The notes under the pieces are model-generated. The model was not told the DNA's origin. It was given only the letters and a program-made list of their open reading frames with translations, and did not search any database. DNA of 64,000 nucleotides from an uncultured Alphaproteobacteria bacterium. Lineage in GTDB: Bacteria; Pseudomonadota; Alphaproteobacteria; Rhizobiales; Aestuariivirgaceae. The DNA is taken from the NCBI GenBank assembly GCA_963775105.1, contig CAVZHM010000007.1, positions 69,980-133,979 on the forward strand, in the 5' to 3' direction. Shown one piece after another: positions 61,826 through 64,000 of the stretch. Numbering within the stretch: the first letter of the stretch is position 1; the number at the start of each line of letters is the position of its first letter. The position numbers and the translations under genes are program-made.

Positions 61826-63135
61826 CACTCGTATCTCAGCGCTTCGACAGGGTCGAGCTTCGCTGCTCGCCACGATGGATAGAGTGTCGCCAGAAATGAC
61901 AGAGTCAACGCCATCAGCACCACCCAGCCGGTTTGCAACAAATCCAACTTCACCGGCAGCTTCGATAGGAAGTATATTTCGGCGTTGAACGGATCGCTGC
62001 CGGAAATCCACTCGATCAGCTGACGGATGCTTTCGGCGTTGAGGCAGATGAGCAACCCGAATATCAGCCCTGCGATGGTGCCGGCCACGCCGATCGCCGC
62101 GCCCGTCAGCATGAATACGCGCTGCACGGCGCCGCGTGTTGCCCCCATGGTGCGCAGAATGGCGATATCGCGGCTCTTGTCCTTCACCAGCATGATGAGG
62201 CCGGAAATGATATTGAGTGCCGCCACCAGCACGATCATCGTCAGCACCAGGAACATCACGTTGCGTTCGACGTCGAGCGCGCTGAAGAAACTGAGATTGC
62301 GTTGCTTCCAGGTCTGCACCTGCATGTCGGGCCCCGCCGCTTCCTGAAAGGCAGTAACCAGATTGTCGATCTTGTCGGGATCGGCCACCAACGCATCGAC
62401 CTGGGTAACGCCACCGTCGGCCATGAAATAGTCTTGCGCCTCGGATAGTGGCATATAGATCACGTTCTCGTCGTAGTCCGACATGCCAACTTTGAAGATG
62501 CCAACGACCGGATACTCGCGAAACCGCGGCGTCGAGCCCATGATGGTATCGGGCCCATTGGGCGATATGACGGTCAGCGTGCTACCCATGCCGAGTTGAT
62601 GCCGCCACGCCATGCGTTCGCCGATCACTACACCGCTTGACTTGTCGAAACCCGTGAAACCCGGCGTCTCATCGGGAATGCCAGGTACCGCGAAGGAGGT
62701 GCGCAGGCTATCGTTGTGCAGGCTCGTGAGCTTCTTGATATCGTCTTCGGAAATGCCGCGTACCAGCGTGCCGGTAGCACTCTTCATCGAGGCCGCCATG
62801 GCCTGGCCTTCAACCAGGCCGATAACCTGTGTCACCCCCGGGATGGCTTCGAGGCGCTGCTGGATGTCCTTGTAGCCAGACATCGCCGACAGATCGTTGG
62901 CATAGATGCTCACATGCCCGGAAAATCCCAGAACTTTCGAGAGCAACTCCTGGCGAAAACCATTGAGCACCGCCATGACCACGATCAGCGTTGCCACCCC
63001 GAGCAAGATGCCGAGGAACGAGAACAGCGAAATGACCGAGATGAACCCTTCCTTGCGCCGCGCCCGCAGGTATCGCCCCGCCAGCATCCACTCGAAACCG
63101 GCGAAGGGCTTGGTATCTGGCAGGGATTTGTCCAT
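61825..63135 (-). CDS. lolE: Lipoprotein-releasing ABC transporter permease (LolC/E)
   Basis: [39 protein letters not shown] and [18 protein letters not shown]. Confidence 0.93.
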   Translation of the reverse strand: MDKSLPDTKPFAGFEWMLAGRYLRARRKEGFISVISLFSFLGILLGVATLIVVMAVLNGFRQELLSKVLGFSGHVSIYANDLSAMSGYKDIQQRLEAIPGVTQVIGLVEGQAMAASMKSATGTLVRGISEDDIKKLTSLHNDSLRTSFAVPGIPDETPGFTGFDKSSGVVIGERMAWRHQLGMGSTLTVISPNGPDTIMGSTPRFREYPVVGIFKVGMSDYDENVIYMPLSEAQDYFMADGGVTQVDALVADPDKIDNLVTAFQEAAGPDMQVQTWKQRNLSFFSALDVERNVMFLVLTMIVLVAALNIISGLIMLVKDKSRDIAILRTMGATRGAVQRVFMLTGAAIGVAGTIAGLIFGLLICLNAESIRQLIEWISGSDPFNAEIYFLSKLPVKLDLLQTGWVVLMALTLSFLATLYPSWRAAKLDPVEALRYE

Positions 63136-64000
63136 CAGGCGCTGAAGCGCTCCACAATCTTGTCGAGCGCCACATTCTCGCGCGCTCCCGTCTTGCGGGT
63201 TTTGACTTCGGCGATGCCCTCCTTCAGCCCGCGCGGGCCGATGATCACCTGATAGGGAAGGCCGATCAGGTCCATGACCGTGAACTTGGCCCCGGCCCGT
63301 TCGTCGCGATCATCATAAAGAACGTCCACGCCCTTGGCTTCCAGCCCTTGTAGATTTTGGCGCACGTTGCGTCTGTCTCGGCATCACCAACCTTGAGGTT
63401 TATCAGCCCCAGCTTGAACGGCGCAACTGGTTCTGGCCAGATGATGCCGGCCTCATCATGCGAGGCTTCAATGATGCCGCCCACCAGGCGCGATACACCG
63501 ATGCCATAGGAGCCCGATTGCACTGTAACCTTCTTGCCGTCCGGTCCCTGCACTTCGCAGCCCAAGGGTTCCGAATATTTGGTGCCGAAGAAGAAGATGT
63601 GCCCTACTTCGATGCCGCGGCCCGTCACGCGGCGTTCAGCGGGAACACGTGCTTCGTAATCCGCCTGATCATGCATTTCGGACGTTGCCGCATATTTCGA
63701 GGTGAAGTCTTCCACAACTTTGGCAACAGCCCCAACGTCATCGTAATCGATGTCGAAGCTCGACCAGTCCATGTCATGGAAGCCCTTGTCGAAGAACACT
63801 TCGCTCTCGCCGGTTTCGGCGAGGATCAGGAATTCGTGGGAGTCCTTGCCGCCAATCGGGCCCGGTTTCGGCACGCATCGGCACGGCCTTCAGCCCCATG
63901 CGCGCGAAAGTGCGAAGATAGCTCACGAACATCTTGTTGTAGGAATGTTGCCCCGCCTCGCGCGAAACGTCGAAGGAATAGGCATCCTTCATCAGGAACT
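63135..64000 (-). CDS. proS: Prolyl-tRNA synthetase, 3' part (runs off window)
   Basis: [33 protein letters not shown] and [11 protein letters not shown]. Confidence 0.95.

Noticed and set aside
60269-62011. Apparent in-frame LolD-deacetylase fusion (580-aa ORF)
   Set aside because: Removing one G from GAGGGACTTGTCATGA gives lolD ...EDLS* overlapping the next ATG (ATGA coupling). An indel artefact is more parsimonious.

Overview
GC-rich alphaproteobacterial chromosome segment. The gene order and the two-piece tmRNA point to Hyphomicrobiales/Rhizobiales (inference). It is mostly core genes: ilvIH with a leader-peptide attenuator, miaA, serB, the thyA-folA-hflKC-degQ run, ssrA-sspB, mepA, kup, fumC, an AsmA-family gene, uvrD, prmA, cspA, aminopeptidase P, ligA, recN, dnaE, lolDE and proS (truncated at the window edge). 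Single-base indels break many genes, including essential ones (thyA, ligA, dnaE, proS). I treat these as uncorrected long-read or assembly errors, so many coordinates are reconstructed across frames and are approximate. I found no CRISPR array, rRNA, tRNA, integrase or transposase. The main accessory observations are: (1) two paralogous ~60-aa proteins ending in a C-terminal Ala-Ala (ClpXP-degron-like), hidden by frameshifts, which flank a decayed vapBC module whose promoter is covered by a perfect 34-bp palindrome; (2) a family of at least three paralogous secreted two-Cys beta-rich proteins at the left edge; (3) a winged-helix protein with two tandem SIAVLPF/TPR modules; (4) several smaller insertions and regulatory motifs. 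I cannot show a clearly new multi-gene system from the sequence alone.
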